DNA from: Octopus sinensis
Lineage: Eukaryota
Assembly (NCBI RefSeq): GCF_006345805.1
Contig: NC_043012.1
Coordinates: 50,468,001 to 50,532,000 of the forward strand
DNA length: 64,000 nt
Direction: 5' to 3'
Part shown: one piece after another, positions 41,944-55,121 of the stretch
Numbering within the stretch: the stretch's first letter is position 1
Layout of the letters: every line of letters starts with the position of its first letter
Position numbers and translations under genes: made by a program
The notes under the pieces: generated by a model
Told to the model about the DNA's origin: nothing
The model's database searches: none
The model's input: only the letters and a program-made list of their open reading frames with translations

Positions 41944-42012
41944 GTGTGTGTGTATGAATGTGTGTGTCTGCATTACATAGTAATAAGAGTAATAAATATT
42001 TCGAATTTGCAG

Positions 42013-42060
42013 TCTACTGCTCCGTAAACGTAATTACATTTCCAACTGAATCTTCAAAAG
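42013..42060 (+). CDS. Candidate 48-nt symmetric (phase 1) micro-exon
   Basis: ATTTGCAG| acceptor, consensus AAG|GTAAGT donor; only one frame is open (xYCSVNVITFPTESSK). Confidence 0.35.
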
Positions 42061-43701
42061 GTAAGTATTTGCTTCGTATTCTCCAGTAACTATATTTTTT
42101 TCGCTAATATAATTACTAATGTTTGCAAACAGCAATGATTTTTTTTTTAATTTTCATTCCCGTCCTTAGATCTAAAAAATATATATATAAAAAATATGAG
42201 TAATTAAAAAATAAAACAACTGTAAGTCGTCGGTGACTAGAACAATATATACTCCATAATACATGGTTTGTAATCGTGTAATATATTAAGTAAAAAACAC
42301 TTTGATAATTTCTGTTAATATGGATTTAGCTGCGTAATTAAAATAATTCTGTTATTGGCATAAACATTCATATCGATATCTACTCTGATTTATCCATATT
42401 TAGAATTAAGCGTTGCATCTCATTCGTTTAAGTTTGTTATCCAACTAATTGTATTTTATGAATATTTTTGTGATTATTTCTGCTGCTATGTTAAGGCAAT
42501 GAAGTAACAGAATCCAAAGATTAAATGTTCTGTCGTATTTAGTTGTGGTGCTTTGCTTTAATAGTTCAAATACCGCTGTTGTCGAGTTTACCTTTCCTTC
42601 CTGAATTTACAAAATGCAGTACATCCTCTATGAGTGGTGATTTACTAAACATTCACAAAATTCGTGGTTTTGTTCCCATGGAATAAACATGTATGTATAC
42701 TTATTCATGGTTGGCTGGCATAATGTTGCGGTCATAGAACAAATTGTCTTGAGTTATTTCTTCTTTTTTATTAAGTTCTGAGTTCAAACACTGTCGTGCT
42801 CAACTTTGACGTTGACGATTCCGGGGTCGATACATAATACTGAAGTTCAAAACTAAAGTCAGGCAATTCAAGTATACTGTGTTCTCTAACTTCATAGCTC
42901 TGCACCAACGGTAGAAGCCATTATCAATGCAACAATTAGGCGGTGCCTGTTTGAGGGACGACTAAAATGCTTTGTTGACATTTGGACATTTTAAATAATT
43001 TACTTGCCAGCTTCTGGGCTGGATAAAATAAATGCTTCTGACACACAGCTTTCATTTCCTTGACAATGTCATACGCCAATATAAAGGCTGATTTGAGTTT
43101 GTTTGAAATCAAAACCTATGTTATGGTTTATTTCATCGCTTCTCTCAGATGGATTGTAAATATATCTTCAACGGGATTTCAATTCATAATGATTAATCAG
43201 CATTCATAACGTAGTCCTGAAATCATGGACATCCGGTTGGGTCACATCTTCAAGAAGATATTGTTAATAAGATTTTCCAGTTACCTTGTTGTTCTTATTA
43301 AGATGTGTTGTTACTAATTTTAGTAAGTTAAGTAATATCGCATACCTTATAAATATTACTAACATAGATGAAATTTTAAGCTGCAGGATAATTGTTGGGT
43401 TAATTTTTTTTATTTTAGTGCATGTTAACCAGTGATGTAAGTTTTACAGGTTTAGTATCATAATTTTAGTGGATAAGATGCTTCATCGTTTCCTTTTTTA
43501 GTGTTAATCGTACCTAGAACAAACGTGTCTTACTTCCTTACACTGATTGAGGGATCTGAAACAAATTTTCAGCAGAAACCGGTATGCTTCATGAACTATC
43601 CAAATATTAATACATCACGGAACGGAAATAACGAAGAAGAAAAATTATTTGGTAAACTTCTATAATTTTATGAGCAACATTAATGTGTATCAATGTAGAA
43701 A

Positions 43702-44127
43702 GGATCTTTTCGGTTTGAACGGCAGTTGTTAACATAATTTCTAGGTAACTAAAAAATTTTGAAATTCGTATACTGGTAGAATGTGTTTATAAGACATCTT
43801 TTTCTCTTGGCTTTATTGAGAAACTTCTATAGTTTGTAAGATATTTGATGTTTTTTTCTTCAATTTCTGCAATTTCAACCTATCAGTGACGTCTATTGAG
43901 GTAAAAAACATTCTGTGTCATATGAATATGTCCCTCGGTTAAGAAATAGATTGGGTTTATTTACATTTGTGAAGAAAAAAAGATACACTTCACCCACCCC
44001 TAACCCTAATCCTAACCCTAACCCTAAAAGAGATTATAATGCAATAGTTCGCTACTAGGTTCATAATTATGGGTGACAATTTTATATGACACCGCTAGAA
44101 AAACTGCTGTTCAAACCGAAAAGATCT
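43702..44127 (+). mobile_element. MITE with ~26-bp TIRs carrying an internal (CCCTAA)5 tract
   Basis: GGATCTTTTCGGTTTGAACGGCAGTT / AACTGCTGTTCAAACCGAAAAGATCT; tract at 43998-44027. Confidence 0.88.
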
Positions 44128-44856
44128 TGTAGAAATAATATTTCCTGTTGTATACAGAATGTATAAGATGAAAAAGTCATTACAAGAAGAACAGCAATTT
44201 ATTTATTCCATAGTTAAGTCTTTGTTCGTATTGTTGACAATGTATTATTTATCAAGAGGATTGTTAATCCTGATGTAAGTAAATAATGCAATATATATTT
44301 GTTGTTATCAAATTTGTATGTAAGGCTTTGCATGTAACAAAAATCATTTGTGTACTTATATAATACACTGCTGCTCGGAAAACTATGCATGTTTACTATA
44401 GAGGCCTATATTTTAAGACACATATTTTGAGTATTACCGGGGTCTACATTTTTGGAAATATGTGAGATAAAACACGAAATCAGAATATAAGAAATTTTCA
44501 GCATAAAAGCAGAGAGGGGAGATGATGCATAATGAACTATTATTTCCAGCATCATATTAGTTTTGACAAATATATTTTGATTGTAGGTCTTTAGGAAAAG
44601 TATATTCGTTGTTTCAATAATTTTGAAACTATTATAGAAACAAAAGTTTCAATCTAAATGTTTACAATGACTAGACTTGTTGCAATAAGTTCCATTCATA
44701 TATTTTTTAACGTAAAGGTTTGTCATTGTTTCAAGACATTGTGTTCATATTTTCTTAATAATTGTAATATACATACGAACAAGAAATGAATCCAAGGTAC
44801 AGAAAAGGGTATGAGCTTAAAAAAAGAAAAACATGCACACAAATATTTAAGCGTGA

Positions 44857-44908
<52 letters not shown>

Positions 44909-45112
44909 CAAAGGATTTCCAACTTTGTCTTTGATGTTTTATTTATATTCTTATAATATTAATGTAGGATATAAAATATATAGTATATATAGTATATATA
45001 GTAAAACGTAATGAAGTATTGATTGTCTTATTGAAAAGATGAAATATCGAATATCAAATATTAAGGGACTAGTATATTTTCTTGCATTTAAGCAGTTTTC
45101 AAGGTCCCATAC

Positions 45113-45164
<52 letters not shown>

Positions 45165-45805
45165 TAGATGCGTGTAGGCAAATAATGTATGTGTATATAT
45201 ACTTATTCATACATAGATATACCCGATATGCGCACGTGAACACACACATGTGCGTACGTACACATAAGTATATAATCAAAGAAATATAAAACGTTGACAG
45301 CCATATATGAGTGTGAAATTATTCTTCGGATATGCGGATGAAAAATTGTCGGTTGATATTCGAGATGTATTTCATTTTTGTCTCTTATTACCACGTTCTG
45401 CAGTGTTTTGCAGTGTTTTGCAAACGTGACTGCCTGCAAGGCAAATGACTAATTAGAGTAAGAAGGAGAGATACGTGCTGAAGCAGTTATTCGCCCGTGC
45501 TGTGTATACGATAAGCAATTTTCACTTTAAATACAGCGAGTGCTCTCAACGTGTGCAATTCAAAATTTTTCTATTAATTTAATGGTTCCGTATGTGCTGA
45601 AGTACACTTAGCTGCTTCTACATACAAAGAAATATATTAACCGTCAACAGCAGAGATATTGCGGCTAGAAATATGTCAAACCATCTTTTTTTAAATGAAA
45701 TCCTCCTGATGTCGGGACATTCCATAACACACACACATACTTGCACGCATACACGCGCACATACACACACATACGCTCACACACATACACGTATGCATTT
45801 ATATG

Positions 45806-45854
<49 letters not shown>

Positions 45855-45939
45855 TACTTTCATGTATGCATTATATAAAGTCGCATACACGCAAGTGTTT
45901 TTGTGTATATATGTATGTGTGTATTTGTGTGTGTATCTA

Positions 45940-46009
<70 letters not shown>

Positions 46010-46139
46010 TATCTATATATACATATATATATATATATATACATATATACACACAGATATCTATATATACATATGTATATATATGCACGTATGTATATAT
46101 ATACATGTATATAAATATATATATATATAAATATACCTT

Positions 46140-46203
<64 letters not shown>

Positions 46204-46835
46204 TGAGTCTGTGTGTATACGTATGTCTGTATATAATCCAGAAACAATGGTTTGCTATTTTTATGATAACGATAAATTGTGTGTATATACCTCTTGAAAA
46301 TACTATACGCTCATGGATAATCAGAAATGTAAGCATACATACAACGAATAAATGTATGGTTTCCTTAGTGCCAGGTAAAAATGGCGTAGCGTATTCATAA
46401 CAGTATGTGGATATAAGGAGCGGGCGTGTGTGTTTTCGTAAAACTTTAAGCAAGAAGGCAATAAACATGCGGTGAAACGTCAATGCCACTTTAAATAAGA
46501 AAGTGGACGATGGAGATACTACTTTCTTTATTATAAGCAGTAATTTATGGGCAGAGTATGAAAAAGGGTGTGACAATGGAGAGTGTATGTAGTATGAATA
46601 TTTTAAATTCTGAAGGAAGTTAATTCTCTGTCTAACACTTACTTTCAAAAAGTAACCACATATCCACGTTTCACCGAGTGAATGAAAATATGTTTCGTGG
46701 GATACTTGGAAAATGTTCGAATGTTGAACATAGCAGATATATGCATACAAGTATATATGTATGTAGAATGTATATATTCACATATACATACATATATTTA
46801 TATATGTATGTGTATGTATATATGCATGTATGTAT

Positions 46836-46859
<24 letters not shown>

Positions 46860-46874
<15 letters not shown>

Positions 46875-46999
46875 CTGCTCGCTTAGCCAGCGGGGTGGCG
46901 CCGTTCGAAGGCTAAAACAATGCGAACGCATTGTGACCAGCGATGTGTAGCAACATCGGATAGTCTGGTCGGTCACTATTTGATTTGATATATATATAT

Positions 47000-47033
<34 letters not shown>

Positions 47034-47340
47034 ATTATACTGTCTGGGGAGAGTCATTTTCTGTTTGAGCCTTATAATATAACACACTCAACGGTAAAAT
47101 TTCCATTTATTTCTTATTTTTATTGTCCTAAAATTTTCGTTGCGTCTTGCAAACTTTTCAATAGCCTTGACTATTGAAAAGGTTGCCAGACGCAACGAAA
47201 ATTTTAGGAAAACAAAAATAAGAAATAAGTGGACATTTTACCGGTGAGTGTGTTATATTATAAGGCACAAACAGAAAATTATTCTCCCCAGACACAACAG
47301 AATATGCTTCAACACATGAACTCATATAACGAAACTTGCA
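46860..47340. mobile_element. PLE-derived non-autonomous element with a fold-back pLTR (hairpin 47041-47294)
   Basis: About 124-bp arms with a 6-nt loop at 47165-47170; each arm contains an HHR-like core. Confidence 0.65.
47171..47207 (+). ncRNA. Hammerhead-like motif, U3-A8 variant (mirror copy 47128-47164 on -)
   Basis: CTA-TTGAAAA-G-GTTGC(CAGAC)GCAAC-GAAA-AT-TT|TAG; perfect 5-bp stem II, only 3-bp stem I. Confidence 0.5.
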
Positions 47341-47380
47341 AACCAAATCCCAAATCGAAATACATATACATATACATATA

Positions 47381-47427
<47 letters not shown>

Positions 47428-47449
47428 TGTGTGTGTTAGTATTCCTTAA

Positions 47450-47910
47450 CTTGGCTTCACGAGTGAAGTTTTGCGGAGTGGTGCATCCATGTCAGACTGA
47501 TTCTCCACGAGTACGATTCGAAAAAGAAAACAGAGTTTGTGTGAGAATGTAGTGCTAGTTGTAGTGCCCGTTCCATTCCATTTCTCTTCACTGCAAAGAT
47601 GATCTTGTTGGTGTTTACAAAGAAGGCTGATGCCTGCGGCAAGAACAAATTATTTATAGTGGTCAATGTAGCTGGTATAGAGGGAATCTTTTAAACAGTT
47701 TTTGTGCTCCTCTCTTAAGGCGAGCTGAGTAGTGTTAGCCATAGAGCGCAACATTTGAAGGTCACGGATCTCCCATCTTGAGGACTTGACTTGCCCAACG
47801 TAGCTGTCTTCCCCAGGGTTTTATATAAATGAATAGATAAACGTGGTACAGTAGGTATGTAGGATACTCCTAGTCCCATATTCTTACTGCTATACTTAAC
47901 GTGCAATGAA
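47450..47910 (-). mobile_element. Ty3/Gypsy RT-RNaseH remnant
   Basis: Minus peptides ...SYIPTVPRLSIHLYKTLGK... and ...KIIFAVKR... match the Gypsy connection and RNaseH ALAIIFAVKRF regions. Confidence 0.55.
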
Positions 47911-48784
47911 ATATTACTCTATGGATGCTGTTGTGTATTGTATAATATCAACACAAATGCTCTTCAGTGTTTAGCATTTTATTCACCATTCGAATTTAGA
48001 AAGACTACTCAGCCCTGTGATAATTTACTTCTTTTTATTTGAATAAATGCTACGCTGTGACACAACGCTAAAGATGTTTTCAATAACATATCAACGGATT
48101 TCATCGTTCCTTATACAAACGCTTTTTAGTTTCATGGACCGTTTAGTTAAACTAAACATTCGGCTTTCAAGGAGTTAGAGACACAGAAACGCGTACATAC
48201 TTAAATATTATTATTTCTCTCTCTTTCCTACTCCCCTCTCTCTTTCACAATTTATATAAATGTGTACATGTGGGTATGTGTATCTGTGTGTATGTGATTA
48301 CATTATGATATTTGGCTGACGAAATAACAACGATAACAAGTAATAAGTTGTAATGTTATATAATCATTATTTACATTCCTGACTTCCCTGAAGCGTTTAT
48401 TGCTTAAACGGTTGAAGTGATGGGAAAAGAACCATAGCTACACCGCCGTTCCAAAACTTATTCTATTAGAATTTGCGACGATCAAAGTAATCTAGAATTT
48501 CACATAGTATAAATGGTTATTTTTAAAGAACTCTATCCATTTCGATGCAGTCACCAATATGAACAGGATTTCTAACTAAGGAAGACGTTCGAATTTATTA
48601 TTCCTCTTTAAACTACTATGCATTTTTATTCATAGTAACGAGACCCATGAATATTTCACAGGATTAAGAGTAAGCTTATTGTACAATTTCTCGAACCGCT
48701 CAGTTACGAAGGAATAGACACACCAATATCAGTTGTCAATCGATTGCATGAAATAACAACACACACACACACATACATAAATAT

Positions 48785-49214
48785 GGATCTGTTCGGTATG
48801 AACGGCAGTTTTTTCTAGCGATGTCATATGAAATTGTGACCCATAATTATGACCCTAGTATCGATCTATTGCATTTCAATCTGTTTTAGGGTTAGGGTAA
48901 GTTAGGGTTAGGGGTGGCGGAAGAGTATCTTTGTTTCTTCACAAATGTAAATAAACCCAATCTGTTTCTTAAACGAGGGACATATTCATATGGCACAGAA
49001 TGTTTTTAACCCAATAGACGTCAGTGATTGGTTGAAATTGCAGAAATTGAGGAAGAAAAAAAACAACAAATATCTTACAAACTATACAATTTTCTCAATA
49101 ATGCCAAGAGAAAAAGATGTTTTCTAAACATATTCTACCAGTATACGAAGATTAAAAGCGTTTAGTTACGTGGAAGTTATTTAAAAAAACTGCCATTCAA
49201 ACCGAAAAGATCCC
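48785..49214 (-). mobile_element. Second copy of the (TTAGGG)-carrying MITE, opposite orientation
   Basis: Same TIRs and body as 43702-44127; TTAGGG tract at 48886-48913. Confidence 0.88.
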
Positions 49215-49231
49215 ATAAATATATATACATG

Positions 49232-49385
49232 TACGATAGGCTTTTCCCACAATCCGTCAACCAAATCCACTCACAGGGCTTTGGTCGGCACAAGGCTATA
49301 GTAGAAGACACTTGCCGAAGTTGCCAGTGAGACTGAAACACGGTGCCATTTGGCTGCGAAGCAAGCCTCTTAGCACAGTCACGAT
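49232..49385 (-). mobile_element. SINE family B, 5' half
   Basis: CCAAATCCACTCACAGGGCTTTGGTCGG...GCTATAGTAGAAGACACTTGCC. Confidence 0.8.
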
Positions 49386-49676
49386 TGTATCATATAATTT
49401 GCGTATATCATGTGATTTATGTATATGGTTGTGACTTTTCTGTGTGTTTTACTTACCATCATTGTTTGTCTCTTACACATTTAAAATGATTTGATGTCAA
49501 ATTTCTTGTGGGTGAAGAAGTGCACAAAAAATTGCAGCGGATACTGTACGTAGATATATACATAATACAATCACTCATACATACATGCAGACATACATGT
49601 CTAGGTACTTCTATGCATGCATATAAGTATATACATCTCTCACTTTCTCTCTGGCTGTCTGATTCTCTCTCTCTCC

Positions 49677-49746
<70 letters not shown>

Positions 49747-49755
49747 CATACATAT

Positions 49756-49837
<82 letters not shown>

Positions 49838-49845
49838 ATATACAT

Positions 49846-49892
<47 letters not shown>

Positions 49893-49926
49893 AATATATA
49901 TATTATATATATATATATATATATTA

Positions 49927-49989
<63 letters not shown>

Positions 49990-50100
49990 TATATCTTTAA
50001 AGTTGTGAGCGTATGAATGTAAGATTCTATTTATAATTATTTAACTGAACGCGTATTAATCTTTTTTTCGTTCTCCTCTCTCTCTCTCACTATCTATCTA

Positions 50101-50136
<36 letters not shown>

Positions 50137-50743
50137 ACTAGCTATCGAGGGAAAAGTACAAAGACATAGAGAGACAAGTAAGGAGTTAGAAAGATTAGTA
50201 GTAAAGGAAGAAATATCGAGAGATATAAAGAGACACGGTGTGAGATAAAGAAATATTGGACAATTTATGAAAAATAGGTATTATCGACATACAGTTACTA
50301 CTAATTCAATACAGCCATTGATATGAAACTATTCCAGTTTTTTTAATAGTTTGTCTTGTCACATATTTGTAAATATATTCAATTTTATCTGATATAAGGG
50401 TTACTCCTTAAAACCAAATCCACAGAAATCAAGACAGAAGTAACAAAAATATCATGACATATAATTCTATATTTAAGCAAAAATGTGGTACATCTTAAAA
50501 GAAGGAAAAAGAGAATGCAATTCCACAGAGTATTGGTTAAGTGGTCGTATGGAATTTTGTTTATTCTATGTGGAACTTTTCTTGGAGGAGGAAGAGGTGC
50601 CAAATTTGATTCTACTGGGCTTCAAGCTGTATCAGAACTGTCGATTTCTCTATGCAGCATAACAACATATCCTGCGTGGACAGCTGTCAAAAGAAAAGAC
50701 GGCAAAAAATACAGATGATTGATAGAAGTGTAAACTGTAAAAA

Positions 50744-50779
<36 letters not shown>

Positions 50780-50780
<1 letters not shown>

Positions 50781-51575
50781 ACTACCAATTCAATAATACA
50801 GCACAAGCAAAACAACTCACAAACAAAAGACATTGGGTACAACAATTACCCAATGAAATAAACTTCCACCAGCAATCAGGATAAACAGCACATAATACAC
50901 TCAACACACAAGCAGCGGATTCTGTACGTATATATATACATAATACAATCACTCTTACATACATGCAGACATACATGTCTAGGTACTTCTATGCATGCAT
51001 ATACGTATATACATCTCTCACTTTCTCTCTGGCTGTCTGATTCTCTCTCTCTCCCTTTACATAATACATAATACACTCAACACACAAGCAGTAAAACAAA
51101 GAAAACTGCAGCACACCACAAGAGAAAAAATAGAAGAGAAAATTCTAATACATTTTCATGGTATGAACGTGAATTTAGTAAAGTACTAGAAAGTCAGAAA
51201 CGTAAAATGTTGTGGGACATCAACATTCCGACTGACAGAGTAATAGAAGTAACAAGGCCTGAATTTGTAGTAGATATAGAGAAAAGAAAGTGCTCGATAA
51301 CTGACTTTACAGTCCCAAATGGTGAGAAAATTAATATGAGTAGTATATACGAAACAGCAAAATAAAAGGAGCTAACTATTGAATTACAGAGACTATGGAA
51401 AGTATGGGGAAAATGTATCCCAGTCGCTATATGTCCATTAGGAAGTATCTCTAACGATTTGAACAGATGGATAGGGGAAATAGGCTTAAAACTCAGTTTA
51501 GTACAGCTCCAGAAACTAGTGATATTAGAGACAGGTAGAATACATAGGAGTGATCTTGGCATCTCAGTTTACTTG
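50780..51575 (+). mobile_element. R4/Dong-like RLE non-LTR retrotransposon, 3' fragment
   Basis: WYEREFSKVLE..KMLWDINIPTDRVIEVTRPEFVV..TDFTVP..ELQRLW..IPVAICPLG..LQKLVILET (PD-(D/E)xK RLE pattern); follows an (AAT)n tract. Confidence 0.8.
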
Positions 51576-51599
51576 TAGCCCGATGTTAGGAGTTTTCCT

Positions 51600-51950
51600 C
51601 CTGCGGGATTAAAAACAAAACCCAACAAAGGGTAGAGTAACATAAAAGAGTCCATGGCCATTCCGAAAACGGGTAGATAGAAATCGCGAGCCTTGGTTGG
51701 CTGCCTGTCTAGGAGAGGAATATACTGATTTAAAAACTATGGTAGATAGGACTCCTTAGTCACATTGGTGACAAACCTTTCTCTGACAGTCAAATCCGGC
51801 TCCTTCGCCAAACCAACAGGCGAACTGTCAAGTATCTGGCGTCTCCAACTAACCAGTGCTCCGAGTAGACTGGTTAGCCTTGGGAGGTAAAGGGAAGGAA
51901 CACTCCAAACGCAAAAACCAGGTGAGTAAACACCTTGCCGATTTGGCGGA
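51600..51950 (+). mobile_element. Possible structured LINE 5'-UTR fragment (RTE-like)
   Basis: GGTTGGCTGCCTGTCTAGGAGAGGAATATACTGATTT resembles RTE-type 5'-UTR blocks; recognition only. Confidence 0.25.
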
Positions 51951-51989
51951 CTACTTTAATAGCGATAGTGTCTCGATAAAAATACCGAG

Positions 51990-53170
51990 TGGTAGTAACC
52001 AAAAAACATCCTTTATTTGTGAGTGAATATGCCAAACAAAATAAACTCTACTCAATGAAGTTTGTGAATGCCAACAACATATGTACTATTTTTGTAGTCC
52101 GCTATAGTGCATACATCCTGAAATGGACACAAGCGGAGATTGACCAATTCGATTGCACAACCCGAAAGACAAATGTACATAGGCTCTACATGAAGTGAGG
52201 TAAATGTTGACCTAGGATGATTAGCGTACGGGAAATTATCAACAGTGAAAGTAGAATTAGCACAGAATATTTGGTAAACAACAACACATGGGATGCTACT
52301 GCAAAAGGAGATAAAACTGGATTTGGAAGCGCTCAAGATTTCCGATCAAGAACAGCCCACGAGAGATAAGAATCACTACGCAGAGTGGAATTAGATGGTC
52401 AATTTAACCACGAAACCAACAAATTAAAATACGAGGAAGCATCATGGAGGTGGCTCAAGAAGTCTGACCTAAAAAGAATACTGAAAGCCTTATCATCACT
52501 GCTCGGGATCAGAGATTGAATAGCAACAAAGTATAAAAGAATATATACCGGTGAAAAAGAATATATGCACAAGTGCAACGGATCTCTGTTGAATGTTTGG
52601 GAAGAGGGTAGAAAGCGTGACTCACATTGTTAGTGACGGTGAAAGTCTTATGCAGAATGTGTACAACCGTAGGCACGACATAGTAGCCCAAAAACTCCAC
52701 TGGCTACTATGTCCTAAGTATGGATATGAGGTTATGGGTGCTTGGTACCAACATACACCGGAAAATGTAATGAGCAAAATGGGGAAGGCAAAAATCCTCT
52801 GAGACTTTGTCTTCCAGACCGACAAGGTGTTAGAGTACCTAAGGCCGGATATAGTAATCTTTATGAGGGACAAACAAGTGTACCTAACAATTGACGTGAC
52901 AGTGCCAGAAGATCGACATATTATCACAAAAGAGAAAAGGTTGATAAATATGGAGATCCGCGAGTTGAGACCACCAAGAGGTGGCAGCTACAAGAGTCAA
53001 GCATAAAGGTTGTCCCTACTATCATTGGAGCATTGTGTTCAATACCACACAATTTGAAATAAAAATAAAATTTGAAAACCTGAGAAATACCCTAAAATCT
53101 AGATGTATTGAAAAAGTCACATTACTTGTAAGTGTACGCATTTTGGGTAAAATATTGTCTGAGATCATTG
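51990..53170 (+). mobile_element. R4/Dong-like LINE fragment: RT thumb, CCHC knuckle, RLE
   Basis: VVRYSAYILKWTQAEIDQFD; SWRWLKKSDLK; GKRVESVTHIVS..YNRRHDIVAQKLH; QTDKVLEYLRPDIVI..TIDVTVPED; many stops and frameshifts. Confidence 0.85.
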
Positions 53171-53629
53171 TTGCGACTTGACAAGCAGTACAGACCCCGG
53201 TAGATACGACATGTTCAATCAAAAATACGCACAAACAGGCAGAACCAAAGCATACGCTGATATATTATTGCATATTAATGATTTCCCTCCGATGTAAACA
53301 TAATTATATAATAAATTTGCCGATGAACATTTCCCAAATGCATAAATATAAGACTTCCCTAGATAACAGATGTCTATGAATGTGTCCATTGAGAAGAGTG
53401 AGTCAATGAAATTAACCATACTTGACTTTTACATTATCTTACTGACCCTGAAAAGATGAGAACTAAATTTCAGTGATATTTAGAATCAAGATGTAAAGGA
53501 CAACATCGAAATACTTCGTAAGTGTTGACACTCAGAATAAAATGATATATTGGGTCAGAGAGTGATACAGAAAACAATATGAATTGCTGTAAAATAATAT
53601 AAAGTTCTTAGAATATTAGGACACTTGTC

Positions 53630-54112
53630 CTAAGCTACTTTGACTATTGCTCTCAGCCATGGTCACCAACCAGTGTCAAATTAATCAGAGAACTTGAGGC
53701 GATCCAACGAAGCTACACGAAGAAGATAACCTTTGTGCAACATATAAGCTATTGGGAAAGATTCAAGAGATTAAGACTCTATGTAGGCGAGAATGATATG
53801 CTATAATATACATCTGGAAGATCCTGTAAGGACTTGTCCCAAACTTTGGCATCGAGAGTTACACAAATACTAGAACAGGGCTCCACTGCATAGTGCCAAG
53901 GTCTCCAAATTTGCCATCAAGATGTTGGACAAGATACTGCGATAGCCTGGGCTTCAGAGGTCCACAGCTCTTCAATATCCCTCCGAAGGACCTGAGCGAC
54001 CTGCATGGGATGGATGCAGATGTCTTTCAAATAAAGCTGTACCTCTTCCTATCAGGTGTCCTAGATGAACCAACTTCATGGCAGGAGGTGCAGATGAGGG
54101 CAGCTTCATCGA
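53630..54112 (+). mobile_element. CR1/L2-group LINE 3' fragment
   Basis: DYCSQPWSP..LEAIQRSYTK..SYWERFKRL..WKIL..RGPQLFNIPPKDL..FLSGVLDEP. Confidence 0.85.
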
Positions 54113-54310
54113 AAGAAATGTTAAAAAGCATTCGTGAGGTTAAATCATGTAGCAACACCGAATGGCCGTGCACCCGCATGCCCCAACGCGAGGACGTGGA
54201 ACAAGTATATTGTTATTGGGCTCTCAGGAAAGGAAAGAAAGAAGGAGAATTTAACGTTTCGATTGGAGCTCTTCGTCAGAAACATAGGAAAAGACCCAAG
54301 GATGGAAAAT
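54110..54310 (-). mobile_element. PLE-like pseudo-LTR fragment with hammerhead motif at 54249-54283
   Basis: GTTT-CTGACGA-A-GAGCTCCAATC-GAAA-CG-TT|AAAT; stem II eroded to 2 bp. Confidence 0.55.
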
Positions 54311-54344
54311 CTACACACACACACACATATATATATATATATTA

Positions 54345-54418
<74 letters not shown>

Positions 54419-54546
54419 ATAATAAGAGTAAATAATTTCTATAAAGGCTTTTTAAAAAAACCCAATTATATACTGGTAGGATTCGGTATGTAAATATAGC
54501 CGATTACCGGCAGGAACTTCTGTAAAGTTCAGTATATATATTGTAT

Positions 54547-55009
54547 ATAAGAAAAAGGGACAGGCAAACAGGTTGCTTGACCGCATACCGAAAAAATAGA
54601 AATAGCAGTCAAGAATGCTTATTTCTATCAAAGTTGGACTCCGGGCATGACAAACCCTGTAATTCACATATGCAAAACAGAAGGAATAGATAACGAAAAC
54701 GAAGTCTGGCGGTTATCTGTGAACATCATGTTTCTGGATTATAAACATATTGAATATATATTCCATATATATTTTTGATATATATTTCATATTTCATATA
54801 TATATATGAAATATATATCAAAAATATATATGGAATATATATTCAATATGTTTATAATCCAGAAACATGACATTCCTTCTGTTTTGCATATGTGAATTAC
54901 AGGGTTTGTCATGCCCGGAGTCCAACTTTGATAGAAATAAGCATTCTTGACTGGTATTTCTATTTTTTCGGTATGCGGTCAAGCAACCTGTTTGCCTGTC
55001 CCTTTTTCT

Positions 55010-55012
<3 letters not shown>
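54547..55012. repeat. Near-perfect ~470-bp palindrome (fold-back)
   Basis: Arms 54547-54790 and 54805-55012 are almost identical apart from 54688-54725, present only in the left arm. Confidence 0.95.
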
Positions 55013-55064
<52 letters not shown>

Positions 55065-55121
55065 ATATATATGTATGTATATATGTGTATGTATATTTGG
55101 TCGTATATATATATGAGAGAG

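Noticed and set aside
43998-44027. Telomere fusion or healed chromosome end
   Set aside because: Only 4-5 units, at the same position inside two copies of a TIR element.
43573-44274. Additional exon-like segments (43573-43651, 44214-44274)
   Set aside because: The splice signals are of a type frequent by chance, the first is not in phase with the 42013 candidate, and the two straddle a MITE with no other support.
46139-46750. 203-aa minus-strand ORF
   Set aside because: It starts and ends in microsatellites and has no motif. A nearby GCAAGAAG...GAAACGTC resembles an HHR but lacks the core and stem I.
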